The notes below the pieces were generated by a model. The model searched no databases. It worked only from the letters and a program-made list of their open reading frames with translations, and had not been told where the DNA came from. Below, piece by piece: positions 40,770-54,183 of a DNA stretch of 64,000 nt (position 1 is its first letter; every line of letters begins with the position of its first letter). Made by a program: the position numbers and the translations under genes. Source of the stretch: Chrysomallon squamiferum (lineage: Eukaryota > Animalia > Mollusca); assembly GCA_012295275.1 (NCBI GenBank), contig CM022669.1:8184001-8248000 (forward strand). The letters run 5' to 3'.

Positions 40770-40977
40770 GTGGGAGATGAAACTTCCTATCTCCACTTAA
40801 TGTACTGTTTCTATCAGTTAGCATGAAGTGACCTGATCTAGCATCCTTCCCATACACAGGAACACGCATTTGATAAACCAGATACATTGTTGTGACTTTT
40901 AAAAACATCCACCATGGAGGAGTGAACCTGCAATATGTTGTTTCTAAGGACTACACTCTAACCATTGAGCCACAACC
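40770..40977 (-). mobile_element. Decayed near-full-length SINE copy, minus strand
   Basis: Ordered blocks GATGAAAC..TCAGTTAGCA..GCATCCTTCCCATACACAGGA..TTTGATAAACCAG..CCACCATGGAGG..ACTCTAACCATTGAGC (reverse A-box), colinear with the other minus copies. Confidence 0.6.
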
Positions 40978-41679
40978 ATTTGATTTAAAATAAGAATCAT
41001 ACACCTTTTCATGGCAGTTATGTATCTGGTTTATCAGTGTGCACTGAATAAAATATTGTTTTAATTGCCTACCTGAAACTGTAAGTGTATATTATCACAT
41101 ATGTATTATCACTGTTATTATCTGAGTGAAAATCAACACATTACTGTATATCTGGTAATAAAAAATTGATATAAATATCTTTGATGAATTAATGTGAAGC
41201 TTTTCTGTTTTTTTTTTTTTTTAACATGCAAAAAGCATTTAATATAATATAAGTTTTGGTTTCAAATCAAAAAGAAAATTTATTGTGTATTTATTTTATT
41301 GAAGACATTTTAAGTGACAGTTAAGTAAAATATGGCACCAAAGTTCACAGTGATCTTTAACAAAAATGCATTAAAACATTTGTCTTACTGAAGATATTTC
41401 GGTTATGTATATAGACTGAAATTCCTGCTTTTATTTGCCAAGAAGTCTCAGAAAAAAAAAAAAAAAAAAAAAAAAATGGAATAAAGAAAAAGAATATTTT
41501 AAAAACACCACTTCATTATTAAAAAAAAAAAAAAAAAAAAAAAATTTGAAAAGATTTAGAAATGAAAAAGAAAACACAGTGAGACTCATATTACCTGTTC
41601 TCAGTGTGTATATATATAGCCAGAAAATTATCTGAGAAATATTTATATATACATAAATGCGTTTTCTCTTGTTTTGCAG

Positions 41680-41746
41680 ATAGCAGTGGAATGTACAGGT
41701 ACCTGTTAGGAAGAAGCACCACTGAGTTTCCGTAGACCAGCATCAG
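41680..41746 (+). other. Putative internal non-coding (5'UTR) exon, 67 nt
   Basis: Strong acceptor GTTTTCTCTTGTTTTGCAG| and donor CAG|GTAATG, higher GC than flanks, stops in all three frames. Confidence 0.6.
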
Positions 41747-42894
41747 GTAATGAAATCATTGAAGAATTTGTTGCGTCATATTGTGCTTTTTAATCTTGGA
41801 ACAAGTTCCTATCTATTGACTGACAGGAACAAAAGGCTTTATTTTTTTACTTGAAGAATTTTGGAAGCTGTTCACATTCTTTCTGTGCATGCCCATGTCT
41901 GTCTGTATGTTTGTTTCTGTCTCTATTTCTTCTCTCCATTTTTCTTTTCATCATCGACATTATAAATCCTATTACATGCTGGCAAAGTATGATTGCATAT
42001 AATCATTATTAATAGGAACGTCTCCAATATGGGCTGTCTGTGTCTGTGAATGTCTTTTTTTTTTCTTTCTGTCCTGTCTCTGGCTATGTTATTTTGTCTC
42101 ATTTTGGTTTCTTCTCTTTTCTTTGAAAGACGGTTTGTGTCTTTTTGTCTCTCAGTCTTTCTGATTAACTTTAAATCTATATTTCTCTATATCCATCCAT
42201 CCATCTGTTTGTCATCCATTTTTTTGTTTACCTGTTTATCTCTCCCTTTCACACACTGTTTTACAACCCGTATCTCCTCCTTTGAATAAAACAGAAGCAA
42301 AAAACAGAAAGAAAAAGAAAAAGAAAAGAAATTGTATTATTTTAACTTGTAGAAAATAATGTGACACTAATATGATGTAAACAGTATTGTCAGACTAAAG
42401 TGAGCAGACTGTAGTTTATAAAAAACAAAACTACTATAGTATCACCTTGGCACTTGTCATTAGTTATAACTGATTGTTAGTCACACTGGTAAACTCCGAA
42501 TGTGTCTTATCGAGAAACCTAATCAGCATTGAAGCATTTAGTTTATAGCTTCTCGAGCACTGAATACCTTTCATGTCTGCTTAATAATAAGATTAGATCA
42601 TGCTTGTGCAGACAAAACAGTTTTTATTTCACATATAGGTTTATTAATCTGTGTCACTTCCAGGCATTGAATATCAGATATATTGACACAGTGTCTTAAA
42701 TTATTCAAAATGAATGGAGAACGGGAGAGAAAAAAAACAACCCAAGCAACAACTTAAAAAATAGAGAAAAAAAACTGTACAACAACAGCAACAGGAAAAG
42801 ACACCCACCCACAGAGAAGACACTTTAAGGTTTTGCATGATAAACTGTGTGTTTTTGTATGTGGTTTTTTCTGCATAATAATTCATGACAGACA

Positions 42895-43390
42895 TTAATC
42901 TGTGGCACTGTGGTTAATTCTTTGTTTCTTAGGCACCATGGTTAACACATTGCTTCTGTGTCACTGTGGTTAAGTCATTATTTCTGAGGCTTTGTTAATC
43001 CAGATGGTTAAGTCACTGTTTTTGTGACATCATGGTTAAGTCATTGTTTCTGTGTCATGGTTAAGTCATTGTTTCTGTGTCATGGTTAAGTCATTGTTTC
43101 TATGACATCATGGTTAAGTCATTGTTTCTGTGACATGGTTAAGTCATTGTTTCTGTGTCATCATGGTTAAGTCATTGTTTCTGTGACATTGTGGTTAAGT
43201 CATTGTTTCTGTGTCAAGTCATTGTTTCATGGTTGTCACATTTCTGTGTTGTGGGTCATTGTTTCTGTGACATCATTTAAATTCATTTTTTATGTCATCA
43301 TAGTTAAATTGTTTCTGTGTCATTAATTATGGTTAAGTCATTGTTTCTGTGTTATCATGGTTTTGTTTTAAATTAAATTGTTTCTGCATT
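42895..43390. repeat. 25-28-bp minisatellite, consensus ATGGTTAAGTCATTGTTTCTGTGTC(ATC), roughly 17 units
   Basis: Homogeneous core at about 43030-43215, degenerating toward both edges. Confidence 0.95.
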
Positions 43391-46106
43391 TTATATTATG
43401 GAAATAAGTATCTGAAATACAAATAAATATAGAAAAAAATAATTAATTTAAAAAAAAAAAAAACAACAACTATATTTCCTGTTAGCAAACATGTATTGTA
43501 TATAATTATGTGTTACCAACAAATACACATTTAATTGCTTCATGTCAAGGCTTTGGTGTTAAATCCTTGAATTGTTTTCTAACTTTTGTGTTCAGACATT
43601 AACCTATCACTACGTCACATATTGAACCAGTAATATATGACTGCTGTCAAACCTGCAGGAAAAACAAATTAAATTCTAGGTTTAAATAAAAGCTTAGCTG
43701 AAGAAAAAATGCTAACAGATTTTGAAAGAAAAAAATTAACAGTCCATTTGGAAGATTAATTTGTGCCCTACCAAACAACACAAACAATAATAAAAAAAAA
43801 AATTAAAATTTAAAATTTATAAAAATTAAAAGATTTTTTATGTGAACTGAGAATAAACTGAAAGAAATAAAAATGTTGCAGATTAGAACTATTACACCAC
43901 TGACAGTTCAGTACTCACTGGATTTGAATGCCCTAACAAACCAACAACCTGTGTTATATTGAATAGACCGACATTAAAGTGACATAGGATGCAAGTGATC
44001 AATTCAGTTATCTGTAAACATGCCTTTATAAATATAAAACATTTATTTTTTTCCACAGTTTGATTATACAGCATTAATGGCTTGTTTTGTGGAAAACAGA
44101 CATACAAACATACACTATGTACACACATATATATTATACATACAGCCACAATGACATTATACCCACAAATTATTAAAAAATAAGACATACAAAACATATA
44201 CATATACCCAAGGATAGACCAAAAAAATAAATAAAAAAAAAAAAAATAAAAGTTGAATTATACTAACACCAACATTCAGACATAACTAGTGTATGATTTT
44301 ATTACCTGTATAAATCACACCTTTACAAAGGTATACATGCTGAAACAGAAGGTAAAACAGGAATATGAGCTAATAATGTATGTAATTTGTTTTTTAATCA
44401 CCTGACATTTACGAGTTCCAGTAGAAGGTGGTGACTGGGGGGGATTGAGTTCTGGGGGTGACTGGGGGTTGCTACAAGATTGAAAATGCAGTGGGAGGAG
44501 GTGTATGTGTGTGGGGGGGGTCAGTAAATCATGTTTTATTTGATATGTAAGTGTGTGCTGTAAATTGCTCACCTCAAGTGAATACAGTTACATGATAAAT
44601 TGTAAACTGTGCACTGCATGTGACCCAAAATACATATATATGTATAGTGTACATATCTATACATACATACAAATATATATATATATCTGCAAGTCTAAAT
44701 GTACACGACTATAACTTTATATAAGAGTGAGTGCAAAACTGTGTGTGTGTGTGTGTGTCCGTGTGTATGTGTGTGTATGTCACCGATAGTATGTGCTGAA
44801 TATGTGAGACTGATTGTGTGTGTGTATAATGTGTGTGTGTGTGTGTGTGTTTCTGTGTAAAAGATAAACAGTGCATACATGGAGTAAATATAATCACTAG
44901 GAAACATGTACGGTCATATCACATGATTTAATAAACATGTATGTCAGTATGTTTATGTTAAGTATAAAAATGCTCCTGTTGATACAGTTGGAATCTCAAG
45001 GACTTCAGTTCAAAAGTTTTCAGTGGATCCTGAATGAACTGTTACAAGTAAACATTCTGATACACTCACTACCTGATATTTATTGCTCTAATCGGCTGTC
45101 TGCAAGTTAATTTGTAATTCTGATTTAGCCCGAGGTGAGGGTGGATACTGTTCTGCTGACTGTATATACTCAGACATCATAAACACATCAGCTAAACGTT
45201 CATATTAAACCGCTGGGCATAGTATATCTGTGTTTAATACCTTACATCAAGCTGTTAATTAGCAGGCAAGTGTGTATTTATGTATGTGGAGGCAAACCAA
45301 ACATGCTCTGTTTAGATAAGTAATTAACACTATATTACAGCACAGGAAGGTATGCACATCTTTCTCGTATTGTACCATTGTGAAGCCAGGACTCTAATTG
45401 GATGTTATAGGATGAGTGGTGGTAGAATAACAAGTTTATTCTATACCCCCAAGTTTCTCACAGTAATATTACATCAGTGTGTGTGTGTGTGTGTGTGGGG
45501 AATGTCTCTTACAGGTTCTCTACTGGCCTGAAGGTAGGTTTGTTTTAATTAAGTCTACAGAGTTGTTAAGAAAAGGAAGTAAAACTGAAAGGTATTGTTA
45601 CATTGTTTTACACTTTCTTTTCAAGATTTTCTTTGATCTTTTACAGTTTTATAAGAGTGATGAGGTTTTGTGGGACTGTTTAATATTTTATATTTACAGG
45701 TGAATTAGGAGAAGCTTGTTTATCACATGTTTAATTATTTATATTTTCTTTTATTATTTACTGTGGGAAAAACAAATGAAGTTTTTGCATGTATCAGTGA
45801 TTGTACCCACAACATGCATACTTGAACATTTGCACTTCAATCTGTGTGTCAGTGAAGACTGCATGTTGTTTTTACTTGTGCGAATATTCAGTTCAGTTTG
45901 ACTGTAATATCAATGAAGATGTTCTCTCAGCCGTAGCAGGTGTTGCTGACTGACCAGTGCAGCTGCCCAGTGTCCACTAACAGAGTACACATGTTAGCAG
46001 ACCAGATACAGGTAAGGTTACATGGTCAGTGCTAGCCGAACATGGCTTTAATGATGTCCAGTAGTCTGCTAACAGCAAACAGCTGGTGATAACATCAACG
46101 ACTTTA

Positions 46107-46110
<4 letters not shown>

Positions 46111-46153
<43 letters not shown>

Positions 46154-46190
46154 GGAGAGGGAGAGAGGGAGAGGAGAGAGGGAGAGAGAC

Positions 46191-46271
<81 letters not shown>

Positions 46272-46281
46272 GTGAGTGAGT

Positions 46282-46312
<31 letters not shown>

Positions 46313-46402
46313 GAGAGATATAGATGGATAGATAGAGAGAGAGAGATATAGATGGATAGATAGAGAGAGAGGACGGATGGATGGATGGATAGATAGAGAG
46401 AG
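46111..46402. repeat. Compound purine-rich microsatellite (AG)n/(ACAG)n/(ATAG)n/(ATGG)n
   Basis: Direct reading. It accounts for ORFs 46069..46557, 46086..46283 and 46104..46412. Confidence 0.95.
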
Positions 46403-47538
46403 ATTGAAACAAAATTGTACAGTGATAAAAAGTGAGATATGAGAGTGATTGAGAAAAGTTTTAGTGAGATATAGAAAGAAAATTTAGTCATTGTTATTTT
46501 CACACGATTTGTAACATATTTTCTTGAATGGGTGTGAGTACATGGGAAATATTTCATTAGATATACTGAGGCTTATTTTGCACTTTAAAACCAGGAAAAT
46601 CCCTTTTATTTCATTCCTTACAGTTTTATGGTTACATGTCAATTTCTGACACTGTCAGCAGGCTGTATGTATGTATATTTGTGGGTCAGTTTTGATGGGT
46701 GTATCTCTGAGGTTGTGGACAACACTTTCCCTGTATTCCTGAGTTTACAACTAGGCTGACAGATTGATGAATCTAACAGGTTTTAGAACAAGAACATTTA
46801 GACTGGGTTTATATACAGACGAACACCTAGCTTGTACACCTGGACACACCTGTACACACCTGTACTGGTCTGACCTCTGTTGGACACTGCAGACTGACAG
46901 ATATCCATGTTAACATAACATACATACTGTGACATATCTTTGTGGTTTAATGGGCTGTGGTGAAATTCTTTTTTAATTTTCTATAAATATATTTTTATTA
47001 TCCTTCTGTATAGTCAGAATCCAGTCTAATTTATAATTCATTATTCTGTCAGTTTTAATGCTATGGACATATTTGACATGAAAGGACTGTTCTAACATGC
47101 CTTTCCTGGGCATAACCTATGATGAGGACTAAGTTCTGATCTACATTGAGACAATGTAAAATCCTTTATTTGTTCAATTTCTGTATTGTTTAACTTCCAG
47201 AATTATTTCAAAACTGACTTACTTGCTATGGATATTTTATTTACATATTTATTTAAGAAAAATATATTACTGTGTATGAATAGAAAATTGAAGTCCTTAA
47301 GCATTTCTTTGGGTTTATTATTTATTATTTATGTTGGGGCTCAGAAACAAATGAAACATTAATTATAAGAAAAACTGTTAAACTAAATTTAAGCTAATTT
47401 TCTCATAACCGTAGGTAAATTCCAATTTAAAAATTGAATTTTATTCCTGAAAGTGTCTCAAAGAGACAGTATTGAAAGATTTGCTATGGATTTTCTTTCT
47501 TTCTTTTTTCTTATTTTCTTATTTTATTTTATTTTTTT

Positions 47539-47591
<53 letters not shown>

Positions 47592-47959
47592 AGATTATTT
47601 TTATGACACAATATTACTGACTTTAAAGATAAAATATTTAACAAGGCCTGGAGCATATGAATAAATTTCTTTGCTAGTGTGAAACAAAAAGGTAAATAAA
47701 GTCAATATTGAGTGAACTGAGTGCATTCAAAAAATGTATTCAATCAGTTGCACTAGAAAACTGCACATTGTTTTTGTGTTCATGACAAACAGAGAAATCA
47801 AAATAGTATTGATTTGTTGTCTGTTTCATTCAAAAAAGAAACACCCACTAAAAATAAAAAAAGAAAGAAGAAAACACAAAAAACACCCCCAAAACAACAA
47901 AAAAAATAAAAGAAAAAAGTGCATTCTACAAAAGTAATATCAAGTATTCATCAGATTAA

Positions 47960-48040
<81 letters not shown>

Positions 48041-49567
48041 GAGTTCAGCTAGTAAACCAATGTATATAAAAAAAAAATAAATGGTATTCAACATTTAGAA
48101 CAACACATTAGAGTGCGTACTGGATTTATCAGTGTAAAACAATGTACAGGTTTTGTCAATGTAAAACAGTGTTCAATAGACAAGACAAATACATTATTAA
48201 ACAATGTAGAACACTGTATACTATCCAGTCATCTCTACAAGTTAAAAATAAATTGATTGATCTTAATGGTTCCTGTAACAAACAACACAGGTCACTGTGA
48301 CCCAATAAAAAAACTTATATAAATGTTTCCAGTGGTCCTTCTTTTGTGAATACATGAATGTGTATGTATGTATGTGAATAGAAGCTTATCAGTATATATC
48401 TATATTTACCTTTCAGTCTGTATGTACATAAGTCTTTCCAGGTTTGTAATTGTCTGTGTGTCAGTCTTTCTGACTTTTTATCTCACTATCTATGATTTAT
48501 TCTATTTGTGAGGTAATCTGTCTGTCTGTCTGTCTGTGTGTCTGTCTCTGAGGAACAGTCCTTGACTCACTGATACCAGTCTGTTAATCTGTCATCTATC
48601 TGTTAGTCTGTCAATATTATAATTATACCTTTGTTAGTGTATCTATATCTCTATAACTTCAAATAATTTACTTTCTATTTTTCATGTAGTAAATATCATT
48701 TTAGTTTGTTTTAATTGATTTTTAATAATAATAATAATAATTATAATAATAATAATAATAATAATAGATTATAGATATAGATTATAGATGCAGATATTGA
48801 TTATAGATGTAGAAATAGATAATAGATATAGATATAGCTATATAATAATAAAATTATTTAAATACTGTTCATTATTAAAAATAAAAATGATGAAATCACA
48901 AGAAAGAATGTGAGAAATGAATTTAATCGAAATCAGATTTAAAAAAAAAATTACACAAAAAATTTAAATGTCAGTCATGTGAAAAATAAATAAATGTTTG
49001 ATCAAGATTATAATAATTCACACATAAAGAATAATAAAAAAAACCCCCAAACATTTAAAATAAAATTTAAAATGAATGAATGTCACATAAAAACGTAAGC
49101 TGATTATGTAGTATTTTACTTCTGAATGATTCAGACAGTTTGTTTAACATGCTGTGTTTCTTGTTTTGAGGAGTATATTTAGGAGAATCGTTTAAGAGAG
49201 GTAAAATGTTTAATGCTGAGTTGATACTGTGTCAATTACACCTCCCCTCTCAGCCACCACTTGAGACAAACTGACTTGATGTGTGTGCAGCCCTGGGCTA
49301 GGTAACTTCAGTTCTTACCACCAGTGTATAAATAAAATAAATATCTGAGTGGGCAATCAATGAACTTTGCTGTGTCTTCTTGCTTATATTACCTGGCATT
49401 AGATCATCTTACACTGGCAGAGATCGTGTTTTCCGTCTGTAGAAAACAATAGCAGTTTTATCACACAGGGTTGTCAGATACTGTGTGTATCGCACGTCTA
49501 AGTGTGGTTAAAATGTTTTCAGTGATTTGTGGTATGTACTGAAAAACTACAGTTTTGTTTTGTTGTA

Positions 49568-49604
<37 letters not shown>

Positions 49605-50833
49605 GCTTGTGTAATTGTGTATAGTTTACTTTGTTTGACTGTGTTATTAATGTGTTTGTGTATTAATTATCTACAGCTATGGATACAAATAGTCTGATCA
49701 ACCTGAGTAGCAGTTAAGAGTGGATTGTATTCTTTTAACTTGAAATTATGCTGTAACTTTTAACTTTCTAACCCTAACTTTTAATCAACATATTTATCAA
49801 AAAATCTCTTTTCTGTTATCAGTTTATGCCATGATTATCTATCTTTCTGTCTTTCTTCTTTCTTTCATAATCATTGTCATTTTCCTTCTCTTAATCTCAA
49901 CCTTTCTTGCCCCTTTCTCTCTCTCTCTTTTTTCTTTCTTTCTTTCTTTTCATTTATAATATATTAATCTTGTCTTAAGAAGTATTTCTAAATTAAAGCA
50001 TATTTCATTTAATTCTTTTTTTAAACTTCCCAAAGGAAATCTAATAAATTTGATTTACTTCAAAAAAACAGAAATATAAAATAAAAGATTTAGAGAAAAT
50101 ATTTTTAACTGCCAGTTGTACAATTTGAGAAATAACAAGAGAAAAACTCCCAAGTTAATAAATAAATAAAATAAAAAATAGTAAATTAAAAAAAAATATA
50201 TTAAAAAAAGGAAAAGGAAAAAAAAAAATTAATGATTTTTCAGGTTGCCACTGCAGTCAGTAATTAGGTTTGTTTTAGGGGAAAAAAAAATCAAACATGA
50301 TTTGCAAGTTTTTAGAATTTTCAGAATTGATTGAAATTACTTGTTTTTTGGGGAGTTTTTTTTTTCCTTTTATTATTTTAAATGAATTTATAATATTGTA
50401 TAGTTTCATATTTGTTTTTCTTATATATTAATATACATACATACACAGATATATTACATTTTTGGCTGAAGAATAATAGAAAATCTTTATGTTTTTAAAT
50501 CCAGTTTTAAAATCAAATAATCTTTCTATCCTCAGACATTTTGACAGAATAACATTTTAATAAATAAATTTACACATCATTGATCCTATTAGTTATAAAT
50601 GAATATTTATTAAACATTGGCAGAAAAAAAAGAGTTTACTTTTCATTTTAAAAAAAGAAAATATGTTCACATGACTGAAAATATCCTTATTGGTTATTTC
50701 TTATACCAAACCAGTGTCACATGACTGTTGTGACAAATGCAGTGTGTGTATCTATGTAGTATTACAGGTGAAGTATCATTTACATCCAGTTAATAAGATG
50801 ATGTAGTGAGTTTCCTCTCTCATAATGTCATGA

Positions 50834-51228
50834 CCTAGTCTGTCTAACACCTAGTCACTACTAGTCTGTCTGACACCTAGTCACTACTAGTCTGTCTAAC
50901 ACCTAGTCACTATTAGTATGTCTGACACCTAGTCACTAGTAGTCTATCTGACACCTAACACCTAGTCACTAGTCAGTCTATCACCTAGTCACTACTAGTC
51001 TTGTCTGACACCTAGTCACTACTAGTCTGTTTGACACCTAGTCACTACTAGTCAGTCTGACACCTAGTCACTACTAGTCTAACACCTAGTCACTACTAGT
51101 CTGTCTGACACCTAGCAACTACTAGTCTAACACCTAGTCACTACTAGTCTAACACCTAGACACTACGACTAGTCTAACACCTAGTCACTACTAGTAGTCT
51201 GACACCTAGTCACTACTAGTCAGTCTGA
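50834..51228. repeat. 22-26-bp minisatellite, consensus CACCTAGTCACTACTAGTCTGTCTGA, about 16 units
   Basis: Direct reading. Units vary by loss of a 4-bp piece. Confidence 0.96.
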
Positions 51229-52620
51229 ACCCTGATTCAACAAACTGGAAAAAATTTTTATTTTGTTATTTTGTAATTTTACTGTTATTTGAACTGATAA
51301 TTCCAGTAAACTATTTATTATTGGCACTGAAATGTGCTCAAGTTGGCAAGGTTTCATAAAATTAAAAAAAAAACTGATAGAAGTCTAAGCACATGAATGA
51401 AATGGGCTGTGTGTACTCTTGATAACCAAAATTTGCCCATTTAAGAAATACTTTAGGTGTCGAAAGCTAACGAAAAGAATTTGAACTGTGACAGAAGTAG
51501 ATGATACTGATGCACAGACAGTTTCATACCATACACCACCAGTCTTTCTGTTTAAGTCCTGTTTAGGACACTGACTGTCAGAATCACACTCACTAAAGGC
51601 ACACCAGAGATTAACATTAAAATATGCAGTCAGTTGTTGCTAAACAAATAATCATTCCCTATTGTGGTTTCTATATATTTTTTTTTTTTTGTTGTTGTTG
51701 TCTGATTCCATACGACAGTCTTCTTTGCTGTTATTTCTGTTTTGTGTTTTTATTCTTTCCAATTTGTTGCCATGATTGCTCTTTTATTCATAAATGATTA
51801 ACAAGTGGAGAGTGTATCTGAGGTTTACGGCCACTCCCTAGAGCAACGTTGGGCAGACTCTACAAGTCTACGTTGATGGTTTTATTATCACCAGAGGCAT
51901 CTGTGGATTGGTGGGCGGGAACAATGTATGTATCAGTGGACTCTTTATGGTAGCTACTGCCCTGTCCTATTGTAATCTGTTTTCTACATGGTGGAATAAC
52001 AGCACAGGTTAAATATTTTGTATATATCACAACAACAGTGTTAGTTAGTCAGTTATAAGTGGTATCTACTGGTGTGTTGTAATTTACGTATGTTTTTTGT
52101 TGTGTGTAATTCTTCAGTGGAATTTGACTGTTTGAGGGATTGTGGTTGGTTGATGGTTGAGTTTTATTTTCTTTTTTATTTTTTTTATTTTTTTTTATTT
52201 TTTATCTTTTCTTTAGTTTTTAAGAAAAAAACTTTTAATATTATTGCAACTTTGCCACCATTGTTTTAGTTTGCTTTACTTCTTAGTTCCTTTTCTGTTC
52301 TTAGTTTTTGCCCACTTTTAATTTAATAAAGTAATCAACACTTTGTATTTTTAATAGTTTTTTTTTTTATTTTGTGGAATTTTTATTTTTTATTTTCACC
52401 ACTTTTCATTTCTTCCCCTCTCTTTTTTTTAACCCACCTTTTTTTTTTTTTTTTCCCCAATTTAATAAGAATGTAATCAAGACTTTACCATATGGTATGT
52501 TGATATTTTTTTTGTTGTTTTTTTTCTGAAAAAAAAATATTTTAGCCTGTTTTCTCTCCAACTGTTCACCAGCATGCTGTGCATTTTCCTTGTTACCTGA
52601 TTGTTGTTTCATTTTTGCAG

Positions 52621-52672
52621 ATGTTTGTGAAACCACTGACAGCAGCTAACCCGAATGGAGGGAATTAAGACG
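52621..52672 (+). other. Putative internal 5'UTR exon, 52 nt
   Basis: Acceptor TTGTTGTTTCATTTTTGCAG| with upstream CCTGAT branch-like motif, and donor ACG|GTGAGA. Contains only short ATG-started frames. Confidence 0.55.
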
Positions 52673-52859
52673 GTGAGACGAAACAAACCAGTGTAGCAGA
52701 GACTACCACATCAGAGACGTTTACAACGGCACAGAGGTTCTCGTTAACAGACGTCTACCTTCACTGCAGCGTTCGTGCGTTCAGTGAAAACAGCTGAACT
52801 GTGAAAACTGCCACAGAGAGAAAAACATCAGTTGATTGCCCGGCAGATGTGGCTACAAT

Positions 52860-53280
52860 TCTTTCCTGATTTCTGAAGTAATCCAGCTACAAAATTGCTC
52901 TGATTTGTAAAACAGATGGTTATAAAACTTTTATGATTTCTTTGCCTGTGAAAACCTACTGAATTTTTTTTATTTCTGAAAAATATAGTTATCACATATA
53001 TATATTTTTTTTAACTTGTTTTCTCCTTCAAAGATTTTTTTTTTACTGATTTCTGTGGTTACAAGAATTTTCTGATTTGTGAAGCACTTGTGTATATCAT
53101 TGTTTGCTGATTTGTGAAACAGACATCATCCTAGCAGCCTTTAGGAACGACATAGCTGTATGTTTTTGATGATTTTTTAAATTCCTTACTTCATTGCTGA
53201 TTTCTGAAGTACGTGGTTACAAGACTTCGTTGATTTTTGAAGTGCACGGTCATATAAAACTTCGCTGATTTCAGAAGTCT
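52860..53280. repeat. Degenerate minisatellite, unit about 32-36 bp, core CTGATTT(C/G)TGAA..GTGGTTACAAG
   Basis: CTGATTTCTGAAG, CTGATTTGTAAA, CTGATTTCTGTGGTTACAAG, CTGATTTGTGAAG, CTGATTTCTGAAGTACGTGGTTACAAG, CTGATTTCAGAAG. Confidence 0.65.
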
Positions 53281-54071
53281 CATCGTGTTTGATCTTTGAA
53301 CTTCAAAGTGGGGATTATCTTTCAGTTTTTCAAAATATTTACATGTTTGTAACAAGTGTGAATCGATTCTTCATGTTGTTTTGACGTTTTTCAAGATAAT
53401 TTTTTGTGTCTGGTTTTTCTTGAATTTGAAAAAAAAAAAAAAAAAGAAAAAAAAAGAATTTTAAACATTTATTTACAAGAAAACATAACCAAATGACTTG
53501 TATTTCTTGATTAATATTTGTCAGATTAACTATTTTAAAATATCTTTTATACTGAAGAAAATATAATAGGATAAAAAAATAAAAAAAAAAAAAAAAAAAA
53601 AAAAAAAACGTAGAATCAGAAGGATATTAGTGATGATAAAAAAAAAATAAAAAAAAAATAATAAAAACTAAAAACGTGAGAACAGGAAGAAAAAAACCAC
53701 GAGATTTGTGAAGGATAGAAGCACTTGAAAATAACAATCTGAAAAGGAATTGTGTAAAATAGTGCAACGTGGAGGAAACTACTTTTCTTTCTTTTTTTTT
53801 TTTTTTTTTGGTTTAATTCACACTTGAAGATCTGTGACCTACAGAGGCTGAGGAAGTGCTAACTGTATTGCCAGCACTCCTTCACTGGATTCATGTTCCC
53901 CCATCACACACACACTACTACAACTCTTCAAGATAAACCGAGCAGGATTTATGTGAGAAGGTAACAGTGTGACCCAGTGCTGCTGCTGCTGCTGCTGCTT
54001 CTTGTTGTTGTTGATGTTTTGTAGGAATGAGCAGCGTGTGAGTTGACAAGAGAAATAATAACAACAACAAC

Positions 54072-54183
54072 ATGGCAGGTTTACTCATGGTGAGCGTTTT
54101 CTTACTGGCAGGGATAATAACTTGTGGTGGAGCTATCCAGTATCCTGATGGGTGTGACTCGAGGGCGGTGTTCAAAGCTAAAG
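54072..54183 (+). CDS. First coding exon (exon 54025-54183) of an unidentified secreted or type-I/7TM membrane protein; signal peptide plus start of mature protein
   Basis: Acceptor TTGATGTTTTGTAG|, A-rich Kozak context AACAACAACATGG, 37 open codons MAGLLMVSVFLLAGIITCGGAIQYPDGCDSRAVFKAK with a hydrophobic core and G-G-A cleavage motif, and canonical phase-1 donor AAG|GTAAGA. GC is higher than the flanks. Too short for the ORF track. Confidence 0.8.

Noticed and set aside
46069-46557. Longest ORF in the track (162 aa, S/L-rich) and similar ERERE, THTH, poly-K/F and poly-I ORFs
   Set aside because: They are translations of microsatellites and homopolymers that lack stop codons.
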